Shown: piece after piece, positions 48,501 through 60,514 of the stretch
How positions within the stretch are numbered: position 1 is the stretch's first letter
How the letters are laid out: each line of letters starts with the position of its first letter
Origin: Patellaria atrata CBS 101060
Lineage: Eukaryota
Direction: 5' to 3'
Assembly: GCA_010093705.1 (NCBI GenBank)
Contig: MU006096.1
Span: 1,138,004-1,202,003, forward strand
DNA: 64,000 nucleotides
Translations under genes and position numbers: made by a program
Notes under the pieces: generated by a model
The model's input: the letters and a program-made list of their open reading frames with translations, nothing else
Database searches by the model: none
Told to the model about the DNA's origin: nothing

Positions 48501-51500
48501 AATTGACGGATTCAAACTCGCTTTGAACCGATTAGAAAAGATTTTCAAATTGATATTGGGGAACTTACTATTCTTGATGAAGCCATTCTGGGTTCAAGAT
48601 AGCATTTCTTAAATTGATGCATAGAGTCTTGAACGATCGCTTCAGCACACCCTCCTCGTCTTCAGTCTTTTGAAAAGAATTCCATAAACTCCAGGACCAC
48701 TGGTTAAGGAGGTAGCCTCGCGCTGTAAGTGATTGAGCATCGTTCGGCGCGTTTGCGTGCAAATGCTGAATAATAACCCGATATGGACCGTTGAATTCGA
48801 GAACATCATTGTTGCTCGCTTGTTCCGAAAGCACATCCATTGCTAACTGTGCTAATCGAGCAGCTAGCTCTGATTGACTGGAATCAATCGATTTTGCGTG
48901 ACTTTCCATATGTGCGCGAATATCTAAGATACCTGAACCTATAAGACCCATCAGATCTAGAGCCATATTTTTTGCTTGCACTGTGCTCTTCTCGTCACTG
49001 ATAAGCTGGAGCATATTCTGGACCAAGACTCTTAGAAGGATTTCAGCAGCAGGCCAATCCGTAGAACTAAGAACATTCAAGAAGTCTTCGACGAAGATAT
49101 CAAGAAGATTCCGGTAAGGCTGATCACCACTCTTGGTTGACGTCAATGCTCGTTTGACCATAAACCCAATCAGGTACCGGGCCTGGCGAGACATTTCATT
49201 GTAGAGTGGTTCCGCAACCTCTTTAAGCGCCTGAACAGCTCTATCCATATCCATGTTGTCGGCTTCATCAGGGTCGATAAGAGCAAATGGTTTTATTGAT
49301 GAGCGAACGTCGTCATCAGAAGACTCCTCATCAGAGTTTTCACTGTCATTCAGATGGAATTGCTTGTGACCGCCTTTCTTTTTACTTTCCTTTGCAGACC
49401 TTGTTGCACTAGTCTGGATTAGACGCATCAAAAGAGCAGAAACAAGCTGAATCGGTTTCCCCTCTGCTAATTTGTATTGTCGTGCACTTTGTCGGGTGAC
49501 CGGAAGCTTTTCCAAGGACGTGAGGATCTCGTCAATGATAAATTTCCTTTGTCCTTCATGTTTCGAAAATATCTTCCCTATGACATCCATAGCTGCGCGT
49601 CTTGCGAGCTCGTATTTTTGAATGCCCAAGGCAGACTCCTTCTCATTCGGTGCATTTTCTACAAATATTAAGTCTTTGGCTAAAAACTCTACAGATGTGA
49701 TCACGCTTTCTGAGACTTCGACCTTGACTAACAGATCCCCAAGCAACTTTAGAACCTTTGAACATACGTGAAGCAAGTCAGAGAGTGGCTTTTTGTTATC
49801 AGAGCGTAGCTTGAACAGTTCAGCTTCCGATCCAGAACTTCGACCCTCGACGGTAGGAATGAGACAGGTGTCCAGGACGTGTTTCAAAGCGGCAATGATG
49901 CTTTGAACGAGTTCTTCCGAGTAAAGTTGTTTCTCCTCTCGGCCAGCAGATAGAATTCTAAGTAGAATTTTACACGCAACGAGTCCGTTTTTCGATGCTG
50001 CAAGGCGTTGTATCCATTCTTCAACGTCACCTTCACTCCAGCCCTCTCCTGGATAGAGAGAATATTTTTCGACTGAACGCGCAGAGACTTCCAGAAGTTT
50101 TTGTAACCGGCCTAGGTCTTCTGCAGGGACATCTCCAAACCGGGACAAGGAAATTACTTTTTGAATAGCACTGTCCAGTCTACTAGTTATCGGAGGAGCT
50201 AAAAGAGGAATCTCTGTGTCTTCGACTGTGGTGGTAATAAAGTAATTGGAGTCGACCGTCCCAATATTCTCAGATGTGTCTGGTTGGAGCTGATCCTCCG
50301 CTAGGAAGACCTCATCAATGACGTTCTGCAGGGCATACAGTGCCGTATCTGCCTTTTCACGCTGATCGATTCTCATAGCAAGGGCGTCCGCTTCCTCCTG
50401 AGTCTCATCCCGTTTACGCTTCCGTGAGGGCGCATCGACTCCCGCCCGGACCCTGGTATCAACATCAGGAAACTCCAGATACTCGGTGTGCTGCGAGGAT
50501 GGGGGTAAAGCTGGAATCAGCACCGCTGGTTTTCCGGGTCCTGTTGGGACGGGCGTAGCTTTCGAAGATGGTAAAGTTGGGGTGGGTACCACTGAGGAGG
50601 GTAATGCCAGGGAAGGTACCGCTGAGGAGGGTAATGCCAGGGAAGGTACCGCTGAGGAGGGTAATGCCAGGGAAGGTACCGCTGAGGAGGGTAATGCCGG
50701 GGAAGGTACCGCTGGGGAAGGTACTACCGGAGAAGGTAGTTCCTGCCTGTTCTGATTGAACGCATGTTGATTTGAGATCTTGACCTTGACTTGAGGTGAT
50801 CCGCGCGCCTGCGTTCGCTGTAGTGTCTCAGTCTTTTGGATTCGCTTCCGTTTCGGCGACTCGTCGGGAGTCGGGTCTATATAAATCAGTCTCCATGATA
50901 GTCTTTGAACAGCACCTGGATATAGCATACATCTGTATAGAATATCCGTTGATTGTAACACCATATTGGCAAAGCTGCCTAACTTGGGTTGTACAGAGGT
51001 GCGAGACGTATGGCCATTTACCGGGGGGTTGGTATTTGTTTCGGATGGAGGTGTACGTAGGGGCTGTGGTTTCTTGAAAACGCTTAACAGCAATTAGCAA
51101 GGTAGGCCCCAATTGAAAATGGAGCTTACAATTGTGTTAGGTCATCGGCCTGAAGAAGCTTTTTAAGGTCTTGAAGAGTCTTCTGAAGACGAGCAGACGT
51201 GTTGTTCAAATTAGAAGCTTCTTGGTCGAGAGCACTCAAGAGTCGCTGTGATCTTTGACGCTCTTGAGGGGTGTTGATCAGCGATGGAGACGCTGCTGGT
51301 CCAGCTGAAGGGAAAGGGATAATATCTGTCCAAATCAACTCAGCGAAAGTCAAGAATATCGTAGTAGAGTTATGCTCATACCAGTGTTGAATGGAACGAT
51401 GGAAGTGAGTGGGGAGTACTCCAACGCATCGTCTACTGTAGGTGGGCGAAACGGCAATGACATCGCATTATCGGGGGCCCAAGCCCCATGTTTTCCGTTT

Positions 51501-51511
51501 GTGTTGTTCAT
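45592..51511 (-). CDS. SCC2: Cohesin loader Scc2/Mis4/Nipped-B, multi-exon
   Basis: RPPTVDALEYSPLTSIVPF at the N-terminus; IIDEILTSLEKLP, YRNLLDIFVEDF, WPAAE, RSRSLKSL, VRKRAMK, QGLMHPKEC, ENLAFFEY. Confidence 0.93.
50585..50740. repeat. Coding minisatellite, 30-bp unit, about 4 near-perfect copies plus degenerate flanks (encodes PSSAVPSLAL)
   Basis: GGAAGGTACCGCTGAGGAGGGTAATGCCAG repeated in tandem. Confidence 0.95.
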
Positions 51512-52002
51512 ATTGAACGTGGAGTTGGAAATCTTTCAAAGCCTCATCGGTATGAGGCGTGACCATTGGTAGAGCGGAGGTGAGTTTGCGGCATAGCTGC
51601 TAAAGATTAGAAGCATACTGGCTCTCGAGACGGTCATGCGAGTACCATTAGAGTCGCGTATCCTAGGATCATCGGTAGGATGGGATTCAAGTCATTAGTA
51701 AAGTCAACTCCCCGCACAATCACGCAGAACTACCATCTCATAAGGGGAGATCATGTTCACGAACGCGGAGCTGTCATTACACGTGCAGAATTTGCCGGGG
51801 TTCAACCGTAGGAAAAGTCCCATCTTCCCGCAACGGGGATATTGAAACCTTACAAAAAGTAAACTACAATTTTGAATAACTTCCTTCTTGAAGATAGATC
51901 TTTCTCTTTGAGACGCCTAGCATTTTGCCTTAAATTAGTACATATTTCCTTGCTGTAAGGACATAAACCTGAGTGTTCTGCGTCGAATCTCAAGAAAAAA
52001 AA

Positions 52003-52577
52003 ATGTCTGCAATTGGCTCCTTAGTATTCTGTACAGACTGCGGCAACCTCCTGGATGGAAATACTGGCGACGCAACGAAAATATTGATATGTGATGTTTG
52101 CGGGACATCAAATAAAGGTATCTTAAAACTATCCTACCTCTCTATCACAGAATTTTTTGCAAACGTCTCTATCACGTTCAGATACTAGCCTGACTCCTTA
52201 TCGGCTAATCTTTCTCAAATCGAACGAATCTGATTGTCGACGTTTGCTCTAGTCTAACTGCTATCTAGATACATCTTCAAAAATTGTTATCACGAGGTCA
52301 AAGCCGTCTGCATTCCCCTCATCATTAAGAACCAAACGCTCCGAAGTACAGACTCTTACAGAAGAAGACGTGCAAAGAGATTCTATCATTGAATATCCCT
52401 GCGAAAGATGTGGCCAGAAAGAAGTCCGTTTCTACACACAACAATTGCGGAGCGCTGATGAAGGTACCACAGTCTTCTACACATGTACAAAATGTGGTCA
52501 TAAGTATGTCAATACGACTCTGCATCTTACTAGAAATCTTTTTACTAACATCCTCCAGATGGACCCAAAACAACTGA
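52003..52577 (+). CDS. RPA12: RNA polymerase I subunit Rpa12, 3 exons
   Basis: MSAIGSLVFCTDCGNLL...CDVCG; FPSSLR; CERCG...QQLRSADEGTTVFYTC.KCGH; last exon WTQNN*. Confidence 0.95.
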
Positions 52578-52807
52578 AGGGTATACAAGATATATCTAAC
52601 CATGTCTTGGTACAGGACAACAAACCAGGGCAGTGGTCCACTATTTGCTCTTGCCCGGTCCATCTATAACTCTACAAACTTGGTATCTCTTCTGCACAGG
52701 ACTGTTTTTGTTACCTCTACTTCAAGTGGAAGAGGTTGTTGTTCCATGATGGTACTTGATACAAACACTTTCTTTTTTCCGAGCTGCAAATTGGATATAA
52801 CACCCGT

Positions 52808-53885
52808 TTAGCTCTGGACTTCAAGGGTTTGACCTGCGTCCGGAACAAGCGCATATTCTAACTGTCCGCTCTTCTCGAATTCTGCCATATCCAGGGCAAC
52901 GATTGCACTCTCACGAACGATGGTGTCTGGATCATCCAAATATTTCTTGAGGACATCCTCTACACCTTCCTCATCTCCCATGCTACCAAGGGCATCCGCA
53001 GCTTCATGCCGTACCATGCTTGCCTCTTCAAGGTCGTCTAAAGTTTTAATTAAACTTGGTATAGATGCGGGATGAGATAGTTGGCCGAATACGAATGCGA
53101 TCTCGTGGCGGAAAAGCGCGGAGGAATCTCTAAATCCTTTGGCGAGGGCTAGGACAGCTGGGATTGCGGTGGGTAGGTCAGGCGGTGACGAAAGGTCTCG
53201 TAGAGCGAACATTGCTCTGTATCGTTGAAATAGGGGTAGCTTCGTATCTAATAAAGACGCTTCTAGATCAGGAATTGACGTGCTATCCTCGGTCTGCGGC
53301 ATCGGTGGTGCTGGATCTATCGATGAGAAATCGCTATGGCGAAAGTTAGCTGCAAATATTCACCTCCTTCGCATCTGCAAATTACCTCTTCTTCAATTTC
53401 TCCGCTTCCCTCCGTCCACTATGCTCCCACTCAATCCTCTCGACAGCAATCTCACACGTTTCCCTCACCACCACCTCTTCATCCTCATCCTTCATCCTCC
53501 TCAACAATTCCAGGCTATCTTTGTCTCCCAACGCGGCCAGTGCCTCCGCTGCTTCATGCCTACAAATCGCATCCTCATTCCTGTCCTCTAATCTATCCCG
53601 CAAATACGGTACAGCAGCACTATTGCGCGTCTGTCCCAAACAGTACGCAAGCTCGTGTTTAAGCAACGCTGAGGGGGAGGAGAAAGCGGCGGCGATGGCA
53701 TCGATTGCGGAGAGAGTCTGAGCACTAGGAGGATGTAGGGACGCGAGGTGTTTAAGTGAGAAGAGCGCGCGGAAGCGTAGCGCGAGGGAGGAGGATTCGG
53801 AGGTCAGGGTATCACGGAGGGAGAGGACGATGGGGTCGGCGACGCGGGTTGTGGTGATAGAATCTTCGATTGCGGAGGGAGACAT
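52808..53885 (-). CDS. LIA1: Deoxyhypusine hydroxylase
   Basis: RFRALFSLK, LLKHELAYCLGQ, CRHEAAEAL, DFSSIDPAPP, RYRAMFALRD, FRHEIAFVFGQ, VRHEAA. Intron at about 53336-53385. Confidence 0.95.
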
Positions 53886-54308
53886 TGTAAATGACTAACT
53901 CTTAGGGAACGCACGATTGTAGGTATTGCAATATAGGTGAAGTTGGGACGGTATGAAGATGTATCGTTACTAAGTTACTGATATGTAGCCTGCCCCACTA
54001 CATTCGAAAAAGAATTTCTGGACAGCAGCGGGGCAGGGCCAAGGAGGGCCCTAATTCCAGGCACCCGATTCTCGGGACGAGAACGGTTCCCGAGCCGAGA
54101 GCTGAACAAGCGTCATGCTGATTTGGGGATTTGGGGACTCTCAACCCGACGAAACATGAGCGAGACAGCGGCAGTTGGAGTCTTGTCTTACGGCACTCTT
54201 CCGCGGCTTATAAATCGCTGAGATGACGGTTTTATCCTTAGGCCTTTCTTCAAGTACCTTGCAGTGCTTTTGTATTTATTCCAGAATTATGGAAGTCGCT
54301 GGAAAAGC

Positions 54309-55062
54309 ATGCTTAGAAGCTTTTATCGAACCGCCACCCCTACCTCCTTGAGAAGCCGCCCCATACTTTCACGACCAATATACGTTATGGCCGACGCGAC
54401 GAACGGAAAAGGGCCTATAGAATGTGCAGCTACTGATGCGGCAACAAATGATGTGAAGAAGGAAGAGATACCAGCCGCTGATGCCGTGCCGAAAGACGCA
54501 AAGGAGGAGTTACCAAAGTTGAGCGCAAAAGATTGGAGGACATATAACGCCAAAGCCGAGCATATGGATCAATTCGTAGGTTCCCGTATTTCTAGAAAAG
54601 ACCTCTACGGCATGATATCAACATCTATTTCAGCACAATCACTTCAGACACACTTGGAATATGCTCTACAATGCCTGCACCAACAATAAGCGTCCTGCGG
54701 GAATGTCTATCCGCCAGTTTCTCGCCATGGGTTCTCAGTTCTGCGGCCAGCTGACCATGCACCACGACATCGAAGAAATGCATATATTTCCCCATCTCGG
54801 ACGTAAGATGCCTGCGTTCAGGAACAAGGGGATTGCGAAGGAGCAACACAAGCAAATACATGCCGGGCTAGAGAAACTTGAGGATTACCTAAACAAGTGC
54901 AGGTCCGGGGAGAGGGAACTGAGATTGGACGAGATGAAGGGAATCATGGATGGATTTGGAGCTGTACTTTGGAAACACATGGATGATGAGGTTGTTCAGT
55001 TGGGAGCAGAGAACATGAGGAAATACTGGACGTTGGAGGAGCTGCGACAGATACCCTTTTAA
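54309..55062 (+). CDS. Hemerythrin-like (HHE cation-binding) protein
   Basis: YNAKAEHMDQF|HNHFR, LTMHHDIEE.HIFP.L, EQHKQIHAGL, HMDDEV..LGAENMRKYW. Intron at about 54576-54633; second in-frame ATG at 54387. Confidence 0.9.
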
Positions 55063-55228
55063 TTGCTGATGATGGCGCGGCGCCCTCTGGTATAAGATTT
55101 GAGATCCTATGGTTAGATATTAATACTAAGGGTATTATTCTGTACTCTTTGAAATATTTCAATTGCGATAACCCGAGAATATGTACAATATCGGGTACTA
55201 CTGCTATTCTTATGCTCTCTCGCCTGGG

Positions 55229-55669
55229 CTATTCGTTCTTTTCGATCCGTCGAGCTCTTAAGGGTTCTACCTTAACCACCGATGGTGGGTCTCTGCTTTC
55301 GTTCTTAAATCCTAACAGCTGTCCTACAAGCCCCCCAGGTTTTGGTACCGGGCATTCGCGTGCTCTGTTGCCTATATCTACCCCACCCGGATCACTATCC
55401 GAGCATGAAGAATCGGACATAGTAGTGATTTTCGATTGAACGCTGAGATTGGATAGGTCCTCAGCATCGCCCTCGTCATTAGCGCAATTTCTTCTTCTTT
55501 TCCGTTGCCTGTTATTATCGACACCCGGCATCTCACCGTCCGCGAAGGCTCGGGAATCCACCGGACAGGGTAAGATATGTGGAAGACCAACCACGAGAAA
55601 TGATGCCATTAGAGTGCCGGTAAATAGTGATATAGTTGATCGTGAGCGAGGGTGGAGGTAGTGCGGCAT
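55229..55669 (-). CDS. Conserved fungal small protein resembling cytochrome c oxidase assembly factor Coa2
   Basis: LHPRSR...LF..TL..SFLVV..PH.LPCP resembles the hydrophobic segment plus LPCP of yeast Coa2; second motif RECPVPKPGG. Confidence 0.7.
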   Translation of the reverse strand: MPHYLHPRSRSTISLFTGTLMASFLVVGLPHILPCPVDSRAFADGEMPGVDNNRQRKRRRNCANDEGDAEDLSNLSVQSKITTMSDSSCSDSDPGGVDIGNRARECPVPKPGGLVGQLLGFKNESRDPPSVVKVEPLRARRIEKNE

Positions 55670-56308
55670 TGTGGGCGATTAGGAGGCCGATGCTGGCGGA
55701 GGAGAGCTATCGCGGTCGCATCAAAGTACCTGAAATGGAGTCAATGGTATTTTTAAACATCAAATAGGATAATGATTCACCTGGTGATGCCCTTGGAGAT
55801 ACAATTACAATGAGAGGGCTTGAGTAAGTTTTAGATTTGATGGATGGAGGTTCGTCGTCTTCTCAAGCTTTCAATTCCTAGCTCCGTCACCGCCGAGGCT
55901 TCATCGAAGTGCAGAGCAGGCATTGTAGCTCGTCTCCCGCATCTGTGAAGAATATTCCCCAAATCGAAATAAAACAATCAAAGCTATTAGATCGAAAGTC
56001 TTCCATTATTGCTGACAAGTGCACCGGTTCGTCACGAACCCTAGAACCGTGAACTGTCTTCAGACTTCATCATCGCGTGCTACCGTGTAGAACTCACATC
56101 ACCACTCCCGTCTCACCACCCACACGCACTTCCTAGGGTCCCTCATATCCTCTGTATCTTACGGAAGCACTCAGACGCAAAAAACCCTACTCCTAGCGCC
56201 AGTGCAGACACAAGATTACTCCCACACAATAACACCTGTCTGACAGGAACACACGATCTTCGACGTGCCTGGTTGCCTCTGTGCGCCGGTTGCACACTTT
56301 TAGCAAGA

Positions 56309-57790
56309 ATGAGTGACTTGGACAAGTACGTTACATCGTCCTCCGGCTGCATTTTATATCTGGTCCTAACATTTGAATTGAAGGGCGATAGCCCAGCTGC
56401 GCGCCTGTAGACCTATCCCGGAGAATCAAGTCAAAGAGCTATGTCATAAAGCACGGGAGCTGCTACTCGAGGAGGGAAATGTGGTGGGCGTCAATGCTCC
56501 TGTGACGGTAAGGGTATCCCCTCGATAGTCTGGGGATTGAGCTAATTCTCATCCTTTGGGATAGATTTGTGGGGACATACACGGGCAATTTCATGATCTA
56601 ATGGAGCTGTTTCGTGTTGGTGGCGATGTACCAGATACAAACTATCTCTTCATGGGTATGGATACCATCTGTCCTGCAACATCAAATGTTAATCATAATC
56701 AGGTGATTTTGTTGATAGAGGCTTCTACTCCCTCGAATCTTTTCTTCTCCTTCTTTGCTTGAAAGTACGGTATCCAGATCGCATAACACTAATTCGAGGA
56801 AACCACGAATCAAGACAGATAACAACAGTTTATGGCTTCTATGACGAGTGCTTACGGAAGTACGGAAGCGCGAATGTGTGGAGGCATGAACTAGAGTCTT
56901 CCTTTTCAAGGGATAAAACAAGCTGACCAGGAGGCAGACATTGCTGTGAAGTATTCGATTATTTAGCACTTGGTGCACTTGTTACCGGGGCATCAAAGAA
57001 CCTAGAATCCTCAGAAACTTCCTACACCGATGCAGGAACGCAGAGTAGTATTGAAGACCAAGATATCGAGATCGAAATCCTCAACTCAAACAGCGAAGTC
57101 ATCAACCGATTCCCCCGCAGCAGCAGAGACTCCCAACTGCCCCCCAAATCCTCACCCTTAAGTTCTCCCATCCTAGACACTCCGTCACGCATTGGTCCCG
57201 TAGGCACCGGTGCCACATCCTCCTCCGGTGGCTCTCGGTCTAACGACGGTGGCGCCGTCCTTTGCGTCCACGGTGGTCTTAGCCCCCTAATCGACACCAT
57301 CGACAAAATTCGCCTGCTCGACCGCAAACAAGAAGTTCCACACGAGGGCGCGATGTGCGACCTCCTCTGGTCCGACCCCGACGAGATCGACGGCTGGGGT
57401 CTCTCCCCCCGCGGCGCCGGCTTCCTCTTCGGCAGCGACATCGTCAAGTGCTTCAACCACAAGAACGACCTCTCGCTCATCGCACGCGCGCATCAGCTCG
57501 TCATGGAGGGATTCAAGGAGATGTTCGATAACTCCATCGTCACAGTGTGGAGTGCGCCGAACTACTGCTACCGCTGCGGAAACGTGGCGGCCATCCTAGA
57601 ACTTGCGGAGGATGGAAGCAATGGCGGGTATATTCCTAGAAGCAATGGTGATCTAGGACGGAAACAAGAGATGGAGAGGGATTTGAGGAAGAGGGATCCG
57701 CCAGGAAGGAGGTATAGGGTCTTTGAAGCTGCGCCGCAGGATTCGAGAGGTATGCCGGCGAAGAAGCCAGTCGCGGATTATTTCTTGTAG
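56309..57790 (+). CDS. PPH3: Ser/Thr protein phosphatase 4 catalytic subunit, 5 exons
   Basis: [57 protein letters not shown]-terminal KKPVADYFL. Confidence 0.88.
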
Positions 57791-58193
57791 AAAGTCACTT
57801 TTGGAAAGCTTGGAATTCTTGGGTCCTGAAGCACCGGGAGTTTTGATGTATTGTGAGGTCGCAAAATACCCGGGAGTCCTGATGGTAGATTATTAGAGCT
57901 CAACGGTATGTATATGAATTATGTACGCCTTTATAGCTGAGTGCTAGTTCCTTTTTCCCTATCTCTTCATAGTCTCTGATATGGTGCCCCTAAAGTGAAA
58001 AAAAAGTTACACTCTACACTCCTACCGCGTAAGCTGCTTTCCAGTAGTTCGTCTCACTCTTTCCTCTCAACATCGCATTGCAACGAACAGACACTGTGAA
58101 CGCCGTAAAAAAAAAAACAAGACATAATTTCAAAATCAATCAGAGCAAAACGAAGTCAAAAGCAAAATTAAGGGGTAAAAGATTCCAAGCCAC

Positions 58194-58372
58194 AAAACAA
58201 TTAGGCCCGTAGGCCTCCTTGAACCCCCGGACGGGTTTTTGCTGCCGCTGCTCCATTGACCTGAGGTTTACCGATAAACCCGCCCGGAGGGAGTTTCGAA
58301 CCTCCGACATTTGCGTTTTTTCAGGAGATATCGCGTAGTCAGATTGCCTGACCGCTCTGCCATTTGGTTAGT
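58194..58372 (-). ncRNA. Putative RNA polymerase III-transcribed structured RNA (or tRNA-derived SINE-like element); not a canonical tRNA
   Basis: Minus strand: TATA-like TTTATATT (about 58397-58404), A box TGGCAGAGCGGT (58362-58351), B box GGTTCGAAAC (58302-58293), 15-bp stem, cUACGg hairpin, then T4 and further T runs. Confidence 0.6.
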
Positions 58373-59257
58373 TGATGTTTGGATTTCTGGTTGGGGAATA
58401 TAAAGGGGAGGTACGGGAGCGGGAGCTGGAGGGTATGTCACGTGGGGGGTTGTGAATTGTGATAGGATTTGGGAAGGAAGTGAGAGAGTGTATAGGATTT
58501 GAATAGTGGACGGGTAGGGATATCCGTTTGAATATTTTCCTTGTTATGGTTTGAATTGATTACTTTATCTCACTTCTATCACCGTGATTCTATTAGAATC
58601 GGACATGTTTGTCCTACTTCCCGTCGTCGCTATAGCCTAAGATCTTACTCTTGACACCACGCTCTCTTTTTCAACCCCGTCTCTCGTTCATCCACTTTTC
58701 CATCACCTACCGCCTTCCACTCCAAAGCATCCCGCACAGCCACCCATCTCACCAAAGAAGAATGCGTCCTTGGTACTGAACAATACCAAATCCCCGACAC
58801 AGAAATAGCTACTCCTGCATAACGCATCCCCAAAACGACAGATTCGCCTTGGGTGGTTACGGGAGCCGCTTAGGGCATCTGAGCTACGTTATAGGGCTGT
58901 AACGGGGTGAAGTGAAGAAGGCAGCCCTACAATTCACTAGGGTCAATGGAACGGAGTAAGAGACGCGGGAAGGGAGTTCTTGTACCCTTAAGCACGGGGG
59001 TAGGGGCGCTCTGAGGAAGCAGGTCAGAGAAAGATATTGGGACTTATGTCCCTGGTCTGAGGGCGGACATCGTGCAGGAGTTGTTGGGTTAGAGACTTGA
59101 CGAGTATATTGGTGTATGAGGATCCCTAAGGGACGGAGGAAATATGCTATAAGGGGTTTTACTCTCGAAGCTAGACCAATCTCACCACTCTATTTGATGA
59201 CGGTGGGATAATTAGGAAATGTATAAAGACCTTTTACGCCATCTCTATCCAGTCTTT

Positions 59258-59542
59258 ATGTTCCTATACTCAATATGCCCCCTTGTCCTCTCCATCACTG
59301 TTCGATTCTACCCGTATTGCTCTTCTGCACGAACAAGGAGTAAATATCAATAGTACAACGTATGCAACGTACACATCGATCCAGATACTGGTGATCTCCA
59401 TAAGGATCCACCCCGAGACCCGAACGGTGGGGACCTGCACAATAACCGCTTCGCACCACTCTGTCCTGCGATTCGGCAGCCTTGTACCCAAAACCTGACA
59501 TCTCCAACGTCTCGTCAAGTTCCCGGCCGAAACTGCAAGTAA
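59258..59542 (+). other. Possible small secreted Cys-containing peptide gene or pseudogene
   Basis: TATAAA at about 59222 and ATG at 59258 (MFLYSICPLVLSIT...). The 94-codon frame is broken by a single TAG that could instead be the acceptor of a 54-nt intron. Confidence 0.3.
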
Positions 59543-60514
59543 TTGTGTCGAAGGATGAAGTGTTTATTCAGTTATGAGGTCATATTAAGCGCCTGCGCCA
59601 TGCCAAAGGGCGTTAGTGATTACCGCTTTGGGATATCGAAGAGTAGAATGGTAGAGCAGGCCAACTGTATGCAGCACGATTCTTATGAATTGATGCTAAT
59701 TGTGGAATTTGTAGAAGGATTGGGGAGGTGGCGACTCACCAAAGTAGAACTATTATATTGACATTGTAGCACATTATCACTGATCAAGCATGCAAGTTAA
59801 GCTTCCCTTACGATCCTTTAGCGAGGTAAGAATAAGCCGCATGAGCTAATCATAGGGCCTTGTAAATAGATATCCAAACTTCGTCATGCTGAATGTGAAT
59901 TTTGATCATGAAATGCTGGCTTGCCCCTCCAGGGCTTCAAAGCTTACTCTCTTGTACTATACACTACTAGTATACACGAACTTTATCCTTATCTTAAACA
60001 CTGACATCCCCGAAGCTTATCACAAACACCCAAGGTATTCGATGCGAGGTAGCATGAAGGATCTATGGAATGGTTGCTCAACTAGAGGACTTCAAACACC
60101 CAAAGCTTTTATAGGTGCAGAGCGGGAAACATAATTGGAGATATCTTAGTCTATGGTGCGGTTTTGGCCCCCAATGGCGGAGCCGTGCATGTCAACGGTA
60201 TGCCGGCTGCATACCCGCAGTTGCCGAAACGGGAGCCGATGGGGTCCAAAATGTCAAAGATAACCTTTCAGCAAGAGGGAACTTTCAGAAGCGTTGGACT
60301 AGTTTGGGTATGCATTCTAGTATTTTTGGTAACACATTCGATCGGATTTGAGGAGATGATAAGTTGCTATTGGTAACTGGTTTCACGCCTTCAACAGCCT
60401 GTTACTGGGTCCTAAGCCGACTCGTTGTATTGTCGCTGCGTTCAGCGCAGCTGTTATAATTCGAAATGCTACCTTCGGCGCTGATTTATCTCTTTCCAAC
60501 CTCTTGGGTTCGCA

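Noticed and set aside
58279..58370. Canonical or circularly permuted tRNA gene
   Set aside because: A and B boxes are present, but there is no acceptor-stem pairing or anticodon arm. The downstream GTCCGGG could pair with the 3' acceptor-like strand but is not followed by a D arm.
58620..59200. Gene-like C-rich to G-rich stretch, possible pseudogene
   Set aside because: The plus-strand frames I read contain stops and give no recognisable product.
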